From the NCBI GenBank assembly GCA_002633005.1, contig NMRA01000045.1, positions 799,552 to 863,551 of the forward strand: DNA of 64,000 bases. The letters are read 5' to 3'. Both the position numbers and the translations under genes were made by a program. The notes beneath the pieces are model-generated. The model worked only from the letters and a program-made list of their open reading frames with translations, did not search any database and was not told where the DNA came from. This DNA is from Phoronis australis (taxonomy: Eukaryota > Animalia > Phoronida). Of this stretch, positions 11,471 to 25,345 are shown one piece after another (position 1 is the first letter of the stretch; each line of letters opens with the position of its first letter).

Positions 11471-14400
11471 CGCGAGCTCCTTTTTGCGATATTATTTTAT
11501 GGGGGTGAAAGATAAAAGCTAACGTGTCAATCTCTTTTGTCAGTATAAAAATGATTGAAAAAATGTATTATAGTACCGTCATGAAGTTTATATAGAACAA
11601 TGTTCAAAAACAACAAAACCTTTAAGTCAATCAATAGTTTTAAAATGTTACCATTTTACAGGCCACCCCTTTATGAGTTAGACGCTACCGAAAAGTTTGA
11701 TAGACAACTTGAGGTAAGTCGATCTACCGACCTAACCTAACCCAAAGTGATCTCGGTCAATAAAGTTAGCACACCACGATCAACTCATCCGTCTTATGAA
11801 AAGGTAAAACATTGAGACAAAGAACAGGATTAACATCGAGGCACAAAACTAATGCGAATGACTGCGTGTTTTCTGCACGGTGACGAGATGTCCTTCAATA
11901 AAGCGTGTCACCTAGCCGATATCCAATTAAATTCATATACAACCGTAATTTGATTTGTTTTGCATTTCATAACCTTGCTCAAAGAAACGGGCTTTGAAAT
12001 TTTGACCATCGTTTTCTTAAAAGGTAGGCTTGAAACGATAGGGCAGAGCAATCGGGCGATGAGCACTCCCCTGCCTCCGGTTGTAGTGAAGTTGTTTATT
12101 GTCGTGAGGGGAATAACGAAGGAAAAACAAGATATTTTGATGAGAAGTTTATTCTAGTTAATGACGGTCTAAGAGTAAGAGACTGGTGACGTCCGGGGTG
12201 AAATTGCTAACGCCTAGGGGAAGTCGACAATTTTTTAATTCAAACAATACACCACTGCCAAAGTACATGGTTTCGTTGTTGGGCGACATTCATGGTTTCT
12301 CCGTTCTGACGTTGCCGAGTGTGTAGGCAAAATTTAAGCGGGAGCCCAGAGGTCTGTCGCCACCCTCCCTATGGACAAAAATGGTGTCGGCATGCCGTTT
12401 TTATGGCTACATGGTCTTTTTCCTTCGTAAAATGTGATTGCTCCCCCTTCCACCGTACGACACGTTAGATCCGCGAGTGCTGTAGGCTTTTGTGTGAACC
12501 AGAATGAACTATTAGTATCTGTCATTTACCTCTGAATGCACATTGTGCCAGATTTTTCTGATATATTTGGAGATGACGTACTGCGCATATTTTGACCTGA
12601 GAGTGAAATACGTCGTTTGTGAGGGCGTCCCTCTAAATCAATATTTAAACGTCCGACTTGTGCGTTCTAGGGTATTTGAATTACTGACGAGTCGTTCGAA
12701 TTTTAGTAATTACACAACTCTCCAAAAAGAATAACAGGAGCTGTAAGTTCTAGTGCGTTCAGTTGCGGATTCCCTTTTCTCGTTAAAGTTTGGTGATTAC
12801 GACGACAGCTACGAATATGACGAAAACGATATTGGTGCAGAAATTGTCAAATTTGCCAACAATCTCTGCTCACAACTTTCCATGAACGACGTTTCAGAAA
12901 CAAAACAAAATTCTGCACAATATGAAAATGTACGCTGACACGCACGAAATGTTAGCTATCATCGTCCTTGCTATTACCACTGCACGATCGTCTGCTCAGG
13001 CAGATGGTTTCGCGTGTAAAAGGGTGGGTGTTTTTTGCTTTAATACCAAATTATAAAGACATGAACGTTCAATACTGGGGAGAAATTGTAATTTGGTAGG
13101 GTCAGTGAGTGCCCGGTTTTTGTTCCCTCTGAAACGCCCGTGCGTGGGCACTAACCGATAAGGGACAACTGTTTTACCTGCAGGCTTCTTTTCCTTCCCC
13201 CGTATTCACGCCCGGATTGATTCAAACACCGATCTCTCATGCCTCCTGAATTTGATTATACCGCTATACAAAAAACTCTCCACCCCCAGGGTTTTAAAAC
13301 AGTCCTTCTCGTCCTCTCCATCTCTTTTAATTTAAAGATCATTCTCTAATCATAGGTTTGATTTTTATTAGTAGTGCACAAATTACCAGTGTAATTTTGG
13401 GCTATTCACTGTGCTTGAACTAATGGTGTTGCGCAACGGTTACACAACGCTGTCCGCGCGCATGCATCTGTTTGTACTGCCATTCTGGCGTATGTGTGAA
13501 CTTCCATTCATGAAAACTACAATGTGAATTGCGTGTCTTTGATATCACAACATGTAATTTTATTGGCTTTTCATAACAGATGATATTCTGTAGCAAATAA
13601 ATTTTATCTGGTGTGTATACTGGACACAACTAATATGCAATAGTTTAAACAATTTGGAGAAAAAGTGACCTGACTCCAGGAAAGCGATAATACTTGAAAG
13701 TGTTTACTTTTTGACAGTTTTAGCATTTGAAAATTTTCCCTTTAGCATTTTTGTAGTATCACATATCACCAATGACGTACTGAAATCTTTCATCCAATCG
13801 TTTCACTTAGAAGTGTACGTGCGTGAAATCTGAGCACGTGCACAGCAGAACTCTTATCACTGTTAACCAACAACAGCGCTATCATAATTTTTACTCTCTG
13901 TTGGCTATGAACCTGGTTGACATTAAAACTGAAATTAATGCCCATTCAACCCCTTTGTGTTTGTGATAAGTTTTATACACTTAACTTGATGTAAACTGTC
14001 TTAAACAAAATAACACTTGTCACTCGTTAGAGACGCATTCCGTGTATTTAGGTAATAAGCGACACTTGTCGTTAAGAAAATGGTGATGATATAATGTTTA
14101 ATTGTGATCAGGTAATTGTATTGTCAATATCCCTATGTGTCAACCCCTAACAGTTTAGCTCGTTTGGCTAATAAACAATTTGCACATCCCTTTGTTACGT
14201 GGGCGATTACTAGCACTGAAGTTACTGAAAGACGGCCTTCGTTTGCTCCCGGCCACACACGCTCGCACGTCCGAGGAAATGTTCGGTAACAAGCGCTCAA
14301 TCTGAAAAGCATTTCAATGTTTGGCGTCTACATTGCACACATATTTGCCAATTTTTTTGTTTAACTAACTATCGAAATTGATAATGCTTTCGTTATAAGT

Positions 14401-14976
14401 GCGCCTGTGTCAATGCAAAAACGTTTCTTTGCGAAGGAATTGTTAATGAGTATTTTCATAATCGGCATTGGTATAATTGTTAATGAACAAATGTTTGCTA
14501 AAACTATGTAGAATTCGCTCATTATAATTTGGAATCTTTGCAATAAAAATAAGAATTATTTTGATGAAGCTACATTTATAAACAGCAAATTCCTTAGCTC
14601 ATAACATTATTTGATTACGTTATAGCTTTTTCACGTCGTTGCATATTTGTTCGCGGACATTGAGTCACCACAGGTTCGGCGCGAATTTCCATCACGTCAA
14701 AAGGGAATTATAGGTGAGAAAAGTGAACAGCCACAGCCTGACTGAACAAATTGAAACCTCCGCTGTCGCAACGTAACGCTCTCCTGTCGGAACTCCGATA
14801 GGTGGCAGAATAACTTAAGCGCATTAAAGGGATATTATCGACGAGAAAAGTAATTTTCTAAAATAATCCTCAACACGAGATCGACCTTGGGAGACCCGCT
14901 GTAGAACGTTCCACTGGAGGAGCTAAATCTCACTAGAGTATTTTAAGCGGATTTAACTGGCAAAGTCACCGACCTT

Positions 14977-15506
14977 GATTTCAACACAGACCAACGAGTA
15001 TCTATGATTTCAACATATACTAACGAGTATCTATGATTTCAACATAGACTAACGAGTATCTGCGATTTCAGCATAGACAAACGAGTATCTGCGATTTCAG
15101 CATAGACTAGCGAGTATCTGCGATTTCAACATAGACTAACGAGTATCTGCGATTTCAGCATAGACTAACGAGTATCTGCGATTTCAGCATAGACTAGCGA
15201 GTATCTGCGATTTCAGCATAGACAAACGAGTATCTGCGATTTCAGCATAGACTAACGAGTATCTGCGATTTCAGCAAAGACTAACGAGTAACTGCGATTT
15301 CAGCATAGACTAACGAGTGTGTGCGATTTCAGCATAGACTAACGAGTGTTTGCGATTTCAGCATAGACTAACGAGTGTTTGCGATTTCAGCATAGACTAA
15401 TGAGTGTCTGCGATTTCAGCATAGACTAACGAGTGTGTGCGTTATCAGCATAGACTAACGTGTGTCTGCGATTTTAGCATAGACTAACGAGTCCCTATGA
15501 TTTCAG
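14977..15506. repeat. 29-bp minisatellite, about 18 copies
   Basis: Head-to-tail unit GACTAACGAGTATCTGCGATTTCAGCATA with no spacers. Confidence 0.95.
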
Positions 15507-17185
15507 GAGTAAATGTCTAACAGACAACGGCGAGTATTGGCGATTTGTAATAAAACCACAAAATCGCAACCGATTTTGTTGTTTTATAGCTCTGGCCCTA
15601 GCTTAGAAGTTCAAGAATACTGTCCCATACAGTAATGATCTCCAAAATCCACTTTTCAGCCGTGAAATCGATCATTGACTCTACATGTTCGAATAACAAA
15701 AAGAATTGTTGTTTCCCCAAACACAGTGTGTGCTCTTAAAGCTGTATATTGCCCTGTTAATTAGATTATGTGGCCAAAAACGAATCGAAGTACATGTAGC
15801 CCTTTACTCTTATAAAATCGATCTCAAGCTAGCTTTCAGTTACCAGTCCATTTTATTGGGGTTGGCCATTCTTGAAATTTGAAAATGGAGCGGATTCCAT
15901 ATAAAATAGATAAATCACTTGACTCAGCAATGATCATTTCCACAGATGAGTTATTGCTAGTTTGCTTTTCGGTTAAAAACTCAAAGTATGTTTAAACTGA
16001 CAATTACATGTACACAGATCGAGTGGAAGACAACTATAAACAAATTGTGTAATTGTGTGCAGGCTTTTTGCAGGTGCACCCGGGCGACAAAATGTGTCGA
16101 TGCTGACCTCTTATACTGTCTTCCCTGGGGGGGAGGCGAAAGTATGTGTCGAGTACGACAATATATGTCACAACAGATGTGCTTGATACATTTTCTATAA
16201 GCAAAATCATGTTAGGTAACCGATGACGAGATAGACGGTAGAATGATGTAATGTCGCCACTGCTCTTCATGAACGGTCATTTAGCATGTACTTTTAGCAA
16301 AAGCCAACTAATACAAAATCAGTCGTTGAGGGTACGTGGAAATCTTTTAGCCCATAGTTAGTAGGGGCCCAAAATGTCTACCCTTCTATTCAACTTGTAT
16401 TATTTTCTGCCATAATGCCAGGGATGTTTAGAAATTTCTGGTATTGCATGACAAGGCATCATTTATTTTTACCCAATTTGAATGTCTATCATCATTGAAT
16501 TTCAGTAAACAAACTGAGCTATTGGGTACATCACAGTCTTTGTGGTATATTTGTTTACCACTCATCATTTATTTAACACGAACCCGCAATATCCGCGAAC
16601 GAATAGCTAATTCATTTTTTTTGCTATATTTGCCACTGTTTGGTTTATCTACCTGCTCAGTTTATTCATCGATGTTCATGAAGGTGTTGACGATCCTTTG
16701 TCGGTCATCTTGAACATTACTTCTGTCGCGTACGTTGCCTTTGTCTGGCCGAGCTACACTATTAAACTGCTCAAGCGAGAGGCCTACCATTGAACAGTTC
16801 GTATTTTTGATAAATACATGAAAATTGCGCGCATAAACATGTTAGCATTTCGCAGCAGGGTTGCATGCACGGCCAGGTTAATACGGTGTGACAGAACCCT
16901 TATTTATTTTGCTGTGAATATTTCAGTGATCCCGTTTTTTGCAATTAAGTCTTGGTTCACTGGTACAAAAAGATTTTACATCATTCGTTTGTCGTCCAAG
17001 GCAAAAATGCTGTAATGATGGTTCTCGCACGGCTTGATTAGGTGAAATGTTATGATACGGAGGAAAATTTTTGCGATATCGCACCGCCACTACTGTCACC
17101 TCAAGCAGCAGAGCAGGTCTGCAACTGTATTCGCCTCCTTTAAGACACACTACCAATATCAAGAAAATACTCAAGTGTGTTTTTA

Positions 17186-17430
17186 AGTCGTCATCATAAC
17201 CCACGTTATCACCATCATCATTACCATCGCCATCATCATAATGATCATCACCACCACCACCATCACCATCCTCACCATCGTTACCGACACCACCATCGTC
17301 GTCATCCTTATCATCTTCATCTAAGTCTGACGTCATATCGTCGCCGTCTTCATCCTCATCATCTTCACCATCGTCGTCATCATCATCACCATCATCATCA
17401 TCATCAACAATAACATCATCACCATCATTT
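17186..17430. repeat. Degenerate (CAT/CAC)n trinucleotide microsatellite
   Basis: Runs of catcat/caccac. These generate spurious poly-His and poly-Asp ORFs. Confidence 0.9.
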
Positions 17431-18496
17431 TTGTGACAATCTCTCACATAGTACTCACGCATGTCTCACTTCAGGCAACCAATAAATCAACACTCTTCAT
17501 CGCGTTCAGATTTTAATTACTTCAATCACGCCCTTTTGTGTTCATTAAGTGTTTGTGTTAATTACTGTTCTCCAATGGATTGTTTAATCATTCCTTAAGA
17601 ATCAATTAAAATCAGCTCCAGGTTTTCATACAATGCCTATACAAATGTATGCACAGGATTGCCTAGCTGTAGGCTTAATTCAATATACCTTCTTACAGCT
17701 CAACCATGAAAAAATGCGTACAACGTTATCAAAATGTGGTCAAGCTGAAGTTCGGTAATAAACTATGGTAATATGTCGCTAAGCATGTTTGCAAAAGATT
17801 GCATCAGGGAAGGCAATTTTGGGTCAAACTGAATATTTTCCGCAAAATGTTTTCTCTCTGCTTGGGAATATTTAAACGGAAGCTGCATGTGTCATGTGTT
17901 AACAGTATTTTTCATTGTGAGATTTGATTGAACTTTAATATGAAGCCCAGCAAACTTCCTAAGAGTTCAAAATTATTTTTGATTCAACACTATCAAATTT
18001 TCAGAAATTGACGAATAATCTGGATCTGCTGCCCGTGTCTAATTCGTGTTTAGAAAATTGCAGACAATCTTTTCTTAAAGTGAAATATTTCAAATAGTTT
18101 TTGAAAATAACACGACCATGATTTACGCTCTGTGGCTTCGACTGGTCGGTTTGTTAGTATCGGTAGGCGGTCCGCCAAGATAATTTGACACGCGACAACG
18201 TGTGCCCGCTTATTGTGCGATGACCTGCTTTTATGAAAAACTCTTCAAGTGTAAAAAACGATGAATGATAAAGCGAGATTTAAAAGCTTTGTCCAGTGTC
18301 AACCAAATCGTTTTTCTTAAAAGCTTTCATTACTACGATGTGATTAGACACCATTTGAAATTTATGAGGGAGTATTTCATTTATTCAACGATAACCAACT
18401 TTCTCTAAAATGAATTCAACACTCTCCGCATGATGATGACTCGTATTAATTACTGCCCCGCGATAAGATTCAAGGTCTATCTCTAGTAGTGCACAG

Positions 18497-18825
18497 ATCG
18501 TCACCATCACCAACGTTGTTGTTCAGTATTGCAACCTTAACGTTGTACTTCTTGTCGTCACCATCACCATCACCACAATCACCACCTCCCTGGCCTTCCT
18601 CAACACCAACTTCATCACTACAACACCATAAACGTTCTTTTTCATCGCAACGGTAGCCATCTTCATCACTATCGTTGTCACCATGATCGTCTATCAACAG
18701 CGTCATCATATTCTTCATCGTCGCCATTGCCATCTTCAACGACAGCAACAACAAAAAAACATCAACAACAACAACAACGACGACAACAACAACAACAACA
18801 TTAACAACAAAAAACAACAACAACA
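18497..18825. repeat. Degenerate (CAT)n/(CAA)n microsatellite
   Basis: Low-complexity cat/cac triplets ending in a (caa)n run at about 18745-18825. Confidence 0.85.
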
Positions 18826-20703
18826 TTATTTTGTGGTAGTTACGCCATGTATAGAACGTTGTTTATAAATTACTCTGAACACGTATATTCATTTCATCGC
18901 TTCTGTCTTTTGTAATAAAATAGTCAGTGGCTGTACACACAAAAATAAATCTAATTAATGCCGTTTCCTTAGAATTTATTAAACTTCCATTTAACGATGA
19001 CGACTAGCACAAAGGCATATCTGTGTCGTATACTGCTGAAGGAAATTATTGGCGCCGGTGGGTATAATCATTTATAATTTTACTCCTCGGGCTTTATAAA
19101 ATGAGTCGTTTATCGGTCAGTGGACGCGAGAAGAGATTTCCTAGGTGTGCATAAGAATTGACTGACAGCCTACAAGATCAGGTGTTTTCAAGATTGGCGA
19201 ATTTATCATTCATCCTAAAACTCCAAAGAGTTTCTCTACACAGCAAAAATCATTCAAGTATTTCAACTAAGTTTTCATAAAAACAACACGGACGTATTGA
19301 ATGCAATAGGTGAAGATGGCTCTGTTCTGTCAGGCGTAACTGTGTAAGGAAGCAAAGATTATATCTGATTCAATATTTTTCCGTAACAAATTGACATGTC
19401 ATCCGCTAGTTTTGGATCACTCCGACGCGCCCGCTGACCATGATCACGTCTGTATCCTATCGTACCCGATGTTCAAGGGCAATATTTTCGTTGAGATAAA
19501 CCTTCTTTACCTGAAATAGCCTCTTAATGGCTCACTGTGTTCAAATAGATTGGTGACTTCACACGAGAAACAATAGTTCAGGATATTGTTGGTAACCTGT
19601 CTGATAAAACCGCCCCTGTGCACGGGATCGCGTGTATGGCAAATTTGCAGGTGAAACGAAATTTAAAGCAGCCCAAGTTAGTCGACGGTGCCTGTAACAA
19701 AGAGGTTTTACCTTTGGTTTTGAACTTTAACTAGAGAATATGGTTATTCAATATTCCGTTTTACCACAAAGCTCCACGAGGTTAATTAGACGCAGCCGGT
19801 AAAGTTACAAAATGTTACGGTATCAAAATCGCAAGTGCTCAAGGCATAAATCGCTGCCATAAGGTTTGTTAAATAATAGATTGGTGTGTGCAATAATAAT
19901 TAACATTAAGGATTGGTGGCAAAGACCAGTGTACAAATTCTTGTGCCATTTTAAGGTATCTGAGAAATAATTCATAATCGTTATGTAGTCGTTCCTTATA
20001 TGTAAAATAAATGTGTTGATTTACAAATTTTCTTTTTTTTGCTCCAACTGTCAGTTAATATTGATGTTTAGTGCCTGGAACAGAATTTATTTTTATCAAT
20101 CGCCGTTTAATATAGGATTTGTGACGTCAAAAGGTATAGAATGGACGGTGTCTTTTTCCTCTACGTCAAGAAAAAGCGTTATAAAAATGTTGCGAGATTT
20201 ATGAGAATATCCACAGCTCTGTTCAAGGTTAAAGTTATGTCTTGACTATCTATCCGGAACACAAAGTTCGATCGGGACATTTAATTATCTCCTGACATGT
20301 TAATGAACAAGGTCATACCAGTCTCTTGCATAAACGTAATTCAATTGTGAATACCGCCAGTTTCTATACGTTACGCGACAATTAGCGTAGTTCATTACTT
20401 TATGGTTCCTGTCGACTCAATTTACATTTGAATACTTTTCTCATTTGAATATTCAGATTTATTTGTATTGGCCAACTCAATTTTAATCACAAATCAGTCT
20501 CAAAGTGACAACTACCTTTTGTATTTGTGTACGTGTGTCTGTTTATTTGTTTGTTCTCGGCATTGTTTATTGTATTGTAATTAGGTCTTTGTTTTTATAC
20601 TTCTCACAAATGTAATGATTCTTCTGCACGGATAACGATGAAAACGATTCCATGACCGCGCCGTTAAATTTCAGTAACGATCCTCTAACCCCCTGTCCAG
20701 GAC

Positions 20704-21115
20704 CAGCAGACGCCAAACCTGGGGTACAGTTCTACAGACCTGCGCTTCTGAAATCCACTCAGGCGCCGAAAATGCTCCGTACACGCTGACCAAACTCAAG
20801 TCCAGGAGTCCAAGCTCCAGTCCCAGGTACCACTGACATTCCTCAGCCAGACTGGTCCCCGAGACTGGAGTTTAATCTCCGGGACGGGAGTTTGGTCCCC
20901 GGAGCTGGAGTTGGGTTCCCGAAACTGGAGTTTGGTCCCGGGACTGGAGTTTGCTCCCCGAAACTGGGCTTTGGTCCCCGGGACTGGACTTTGGTCCCCA
21001 GAACTGGACTTTGGTCCCCGGAACAGAATTTAGTCCCCGGGTATGGAGTATTTTCGCCTTTGTGAAGTTTAGGAGCGCGGTTCTGGGGTTTGTACAGCGG
21101 GTTTGGTATCTGCTG
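20704..21115. mobile_element. MITE with internal 20-21 bp tandem repeats
   Basis: TIR CAGCAGACGCCAAACC...TACA / TGTA...GGTTTGGTATCTGCTG. About 10 copies of GGGACTGGAGTTTGGTCCCC at about 20850-21050, with inverted copies at about 20790-20830. Confidence 0.7.
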
Positions 21116-24100
21116 ATTTGAAGATCGCGGCTACGTGGAATTTAAAGGTGCGACCACAGAATCGTTTCCAGGCTTCTGTTTTCAGTAATTGTATTTGTAT
21201 TATCCCATTGAAATGTTAATGCATGTATGGAAAATTGCTTACTAACCATTCTCTCACAACCGTAAAATCGCCATTTGTCCAACAGACGTACTCTTGTTCG
21301 AGGTGGTAAATCCGATACTAGTACGGTATTTTTCGAAGAGAATAACATTTAGTTACATTGGGACACTCCGCTAGTTGTTTCCAGTGACTTGTAAATAACA
21401 GTACCGTTTCACTTCACCTTGAAACATACAGATGTACGTGCTGTGTTTCAGTTTTTGACAACTTAGATACAAAGTACGGAAAACTCGGTGAACTAAGTTG
21501 TGAAGTCCGTGAAAATTGTTTGAGCTTCATAAAATATAAATTTTATCTTGACCCCCAGCATTCTCAAAAGACAGAAAAGGCCCTTGGCAAGCATCGACAG
21601 GCTTAATACACCGCATCTTGGCCAAGGCGGTGCCAAAAATTATAAGCGAATTTTTATTTTAATCCAAGGAATCATTCCCGGCTTGTTTGCAGGATTTTCA
21701 TCAATTTTAGATGCACTCCAACTCAATAACGTTACCATAACGTGTGCTCTTCATCTCTGCCAGATAGTCTTTTCTGCCTTTTTGCAACTCGCATTTGTTT
21801 TTAATATGCCTTGAGTGACGATTTAGACTATGAGTCGAGTTTCCATAGAAATATCGGTAATTCGAGACATCTTTAAAACAGTCTACAGGAAGATTGAAAA
21901 CAAGACGAACCAAATACGTTGCTGCACGTTGCAACACCGGTAGTTAAAAGGCCGTTTTATCATCTCACGTAATTCATTAAGGTGAAGTGGACAAGCTAAC
22001 GAAGCGCTATAGAAACCTTTCTGCCCATAATACTTTTGGCTCTAATGAGCGTAGTCGTCAGAAAAGAGAAACAGCGTTGCCATTAGACATGAGAAGGCGA
22101 ATTAGTGCCACCTTTACCAAAGATAATATGAAAATATGTGCGCTGTACGGGACGTGTGCTCGAATAATCAGCCAGGCGGACTACTTTTGTGTCGATTGAG
22201 CAAACAATGAAGAAGGCAGAATGCCACTTGCTTCATACTCAAGCATCTATTCAAGGTATCTTGTGAAAACCCCTAACTCTTAGATACTTTCTGTGTTCAG
22301 GACTAATTCTTTGTGACAGAAACTTGGTGAGAACGATGAGTGATTGACATTCTTTCACAGATTACCTACTGAAATAGCCGTGATCAGTTTTGAACAAATT
22401 GTTAAGTTCTTGCTTAATGGACTACGTTTTGTATAGTCGTATCAAACTTTTAATGTAAGATAAGGTTTACGTTTAACTAAGAAGGTCTCATTTCTCTATA
22501 ACTGTCTCATCAATTTCTCTGATTATGCTGTAGAACGTAAGTCATTGAAATGCCATCAGTCGAAATCGACAAACTTTGTCAAGACACTATATAATGATGC
22601 AAAAACACGACAAGTACAAAAAATCATAAGACCTAGTCCTCGTCACCTACACGACATCTTTTCTGGTTGAGGATGAACTGGCTAGATTACGGCACGCGAA
22701 CTGCTGGCTAAAAGACCGCATTATTAACATTACTAGGTATTCCGTTGGTTTACCGACATAACGCAAGCCGGCAATGGCTTTGACTCTTTTTCAAAGTTTG
22801 TTTTACATTTAAATATCTATATTCAAACTATTCTTAAAACAAACTTGCCCTCTGGCTAATCTCGTACATAACGCGTGTTCTAAGCGGCAAGTAAACACTT
22901 TGCGCTCTTCTTGGTTTAACCTTCCATGGCAAAACTCTCGTTTATTTACCGATAATCTTACAGGTTTCAAAATGTTTTGAAAACAGTTTACCGGGACACT
23001 ATTCAAACTGCGTTTGAATCCAGAATATAGGACCATCTGCAATTAATATTTGCATATTTATCTGCCATTAGGTCCTTTGTCCAGACCACTTGGTGGGCAA
23101 TTGTACGGTTTATTGCTTTGACGAATATGTAAACTTGAGCAATATTTTGACTATCTTACATCTAAAGTTTACGTTGTTTAGTAAAACAAGCCAAAAGATC
23201 TTGGAACAACATATTTGACTTGCGTTAAGTCACTATGAGTTAGATAGAAGGGCGCGTCTGCGATTGACGTGTATAATAAGGAATGATTTCCCCAAGTCGA
23301 ATTGTTTGTCCAGTTAATGCTCTCATCCAGTTCATTTCGTTTACCATTGTCGATCACACACTCAAAAGGATTCAGGTTAGTGGTCATATCGACACAGAAG
23401 GTTGCTGATCTAAAAAAATCCCCTCTGTTCTTGTACAGCGCGGCGAAAAGGGCACATTTTAATAATAGAAATACTCCCACTGCTAAAATAAAGCGAGTCT
23501 AATCATTGAGGTCAAACCCGTTGGACTCCATATTGTTGAAACTCAGTATAGACTTATGAGATTGCAAGGATTCTCCCAGGCTGTGGAGAATTCCTTTTAG
23601 TTTGAAGAAACATTATTCAAAACATAACCGGTATTTACAGAGAATTAAAACGACAGACATAAAATAGGAACCTGCATAAAATTCTCAAATACGACAAACA
23701 CAATGCTTAGCTAATAATAACGTAATCATGCAAAAAATGAATACATTTCAGTTTAAGGGACTGTGCGATTGTCCCAAAAATCCCGGTAAAACTTATTTGC
23801 TTGTGAACGTTAATTTCGTGGCCGTCATTACATAAAGCATCCAGTCGAGCAAAATAAAAAAGACATTCACCCGTTTCAGTCTCGTTACAAAAGACCATTC
23901 GCAATGCCTAAGACGGTCTCAACATAAACATTTAAACACGCTCACTGAAGAGCATGTTGGTCATTTCTGTCAAAAAAGAACACACTGGTCGATTCAATTA
24001 GGAAAGATAAATAATTTGAAAACCCGTGTTATTAATTTTCAGAGACTGTGATACGTGAATTGGAATGTCAGAAAATCTTGAAAATCAATCACTGACGGGC

Positions 24101-25268
24101 TATCATAGCAGATAAGGTGATATTTGGATAGTCGAACCGCGCCGACTGTACGGTTGGTTCACACTTGACTCAGACAAGTGGCTGTTCAGAGAGACTTAAA
24201 TCTCATCAAGCCAGTCATCGACGCCTGCATAATCTGTTGATACCGTGACTTCCAAACAACCCAGAAGCAGTAGCGCGTGGTTAGGTCCACGCGCCTGAAG
24301 ACGAAGCACAACTGAGATATTCGACTATGTTTTGATGAGGGGTGCAGCCAAGGAATTAGGATATTCACACATCTAGAGAGTGAACCCGAAAAAGATGCTC
24401 ATTTGTGGAGAGCTTCAACGAAAAAACCTTTGGCAAGGGTTTGTCACAGAAATATCACCTGTTGCCGGGATTAATTCTACCACTCGTCGGGATTCTTAGT
24501 TAAGATAGATACGTCTTTGAAAGTTTTAAAACATTGATGTTATCAACAACCCTTATGTAAAAGTTGGAAAGGAAATCTTGTCTAGAGCTTTGAATTCCCA
24601 AACTGAGCCTTTTGCAGGGAATTTCGATTTAAAAATCTGATGTGGCACCATTTCGTTTTTGTCGGAAATAGCACTTTCGTAGGGAAACGGGTCGTGAAAG
24701 AATTACCCATCTTAGCAGCACGTTCCCTGTAGGACTTACCTGTGAGAGTGCACCCCTCAGGTTGTGACTTCGTGCCTTTATTCAGAATTACGCGCTTGTA
24801 CCAATATATGAAGCTCTTGGTTGAAACCGAAAAGTGAATTTTTAAAATTGTTCGTCTGCTAAACTTAGCTTATCCGTCAAAAAGATCGACGGTAACGTGT
24901 ATACAGTTTAAAGGGACATCATGGGTTTTACGGCTGAAAAACGTTTTGCAATATTATTGCTGGATAGCGTAGACTTCTTGAAGTTGTTTGCGTTAACCAG
25001 AGCTATAAAACAACAAAATTTATTTTATACCAGCCTCGAATGGCGTGTAATAACACACAGAGTTATTAAATTGCGTTAGATAACATTTTGGCTAACGCCC
25101 CCCGGGCGAAAATCATTCTCCAAAATCCACTCGGGCTTTAGATTACGGGGGAAAACGACTTCACCAAGTAATAGTCTATATTTATACCACAATATCAGCT
25201 TCGTATGGCCAATACAACCCTTTAATAACCCATTTAGTTTTCTAACGGCATTAAGTAACATTTTGGCG

Positions 25269-25345
25269 AAAAACCGAGGCTGGTTTCGAACCCCGTCCGC
25301 AAGAGTTTCGGGCAGTCGACTTTACTACTGCACCACTCAGCGGCT
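25269..25345 (-). mobile_element. tRNA-derived Pol III unit / SINE head
   Basis: Minus strand has A box TGGTGCAGTAG, B box GGTTCGAAACC, a partial acceptor stem CTGAG/CTCGG, then TTTTT. No proper anticodon arm. Confidence 0.55.

Noticed and set aside
12753-12938. Acidic 61-aa ORF (FGDYDDSYEYDEND...) divergent from ASCL
   Set aside because: No ATG start, no recognisable domain and no convincing splice partners.
14977-15506. CRISPR-like array of 29-bp repeats
   Set aside because: The units are head-to-tail with no unique spacers, there are no cas genes, and the context is eukaryotic. It is a minisatellite.
16923-17462. 179-aa Asp-rich ORF and the opposite-strand His-rich ORF
   Set aside because: Both are by-products of a (CAT)n microsatellite, with no domain or splice support.
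18470-18868. Poly-Val/Asp and poly-Asn/Gln ORFs
   Set aside because: Produced by a CAT/CAA microsatellite.
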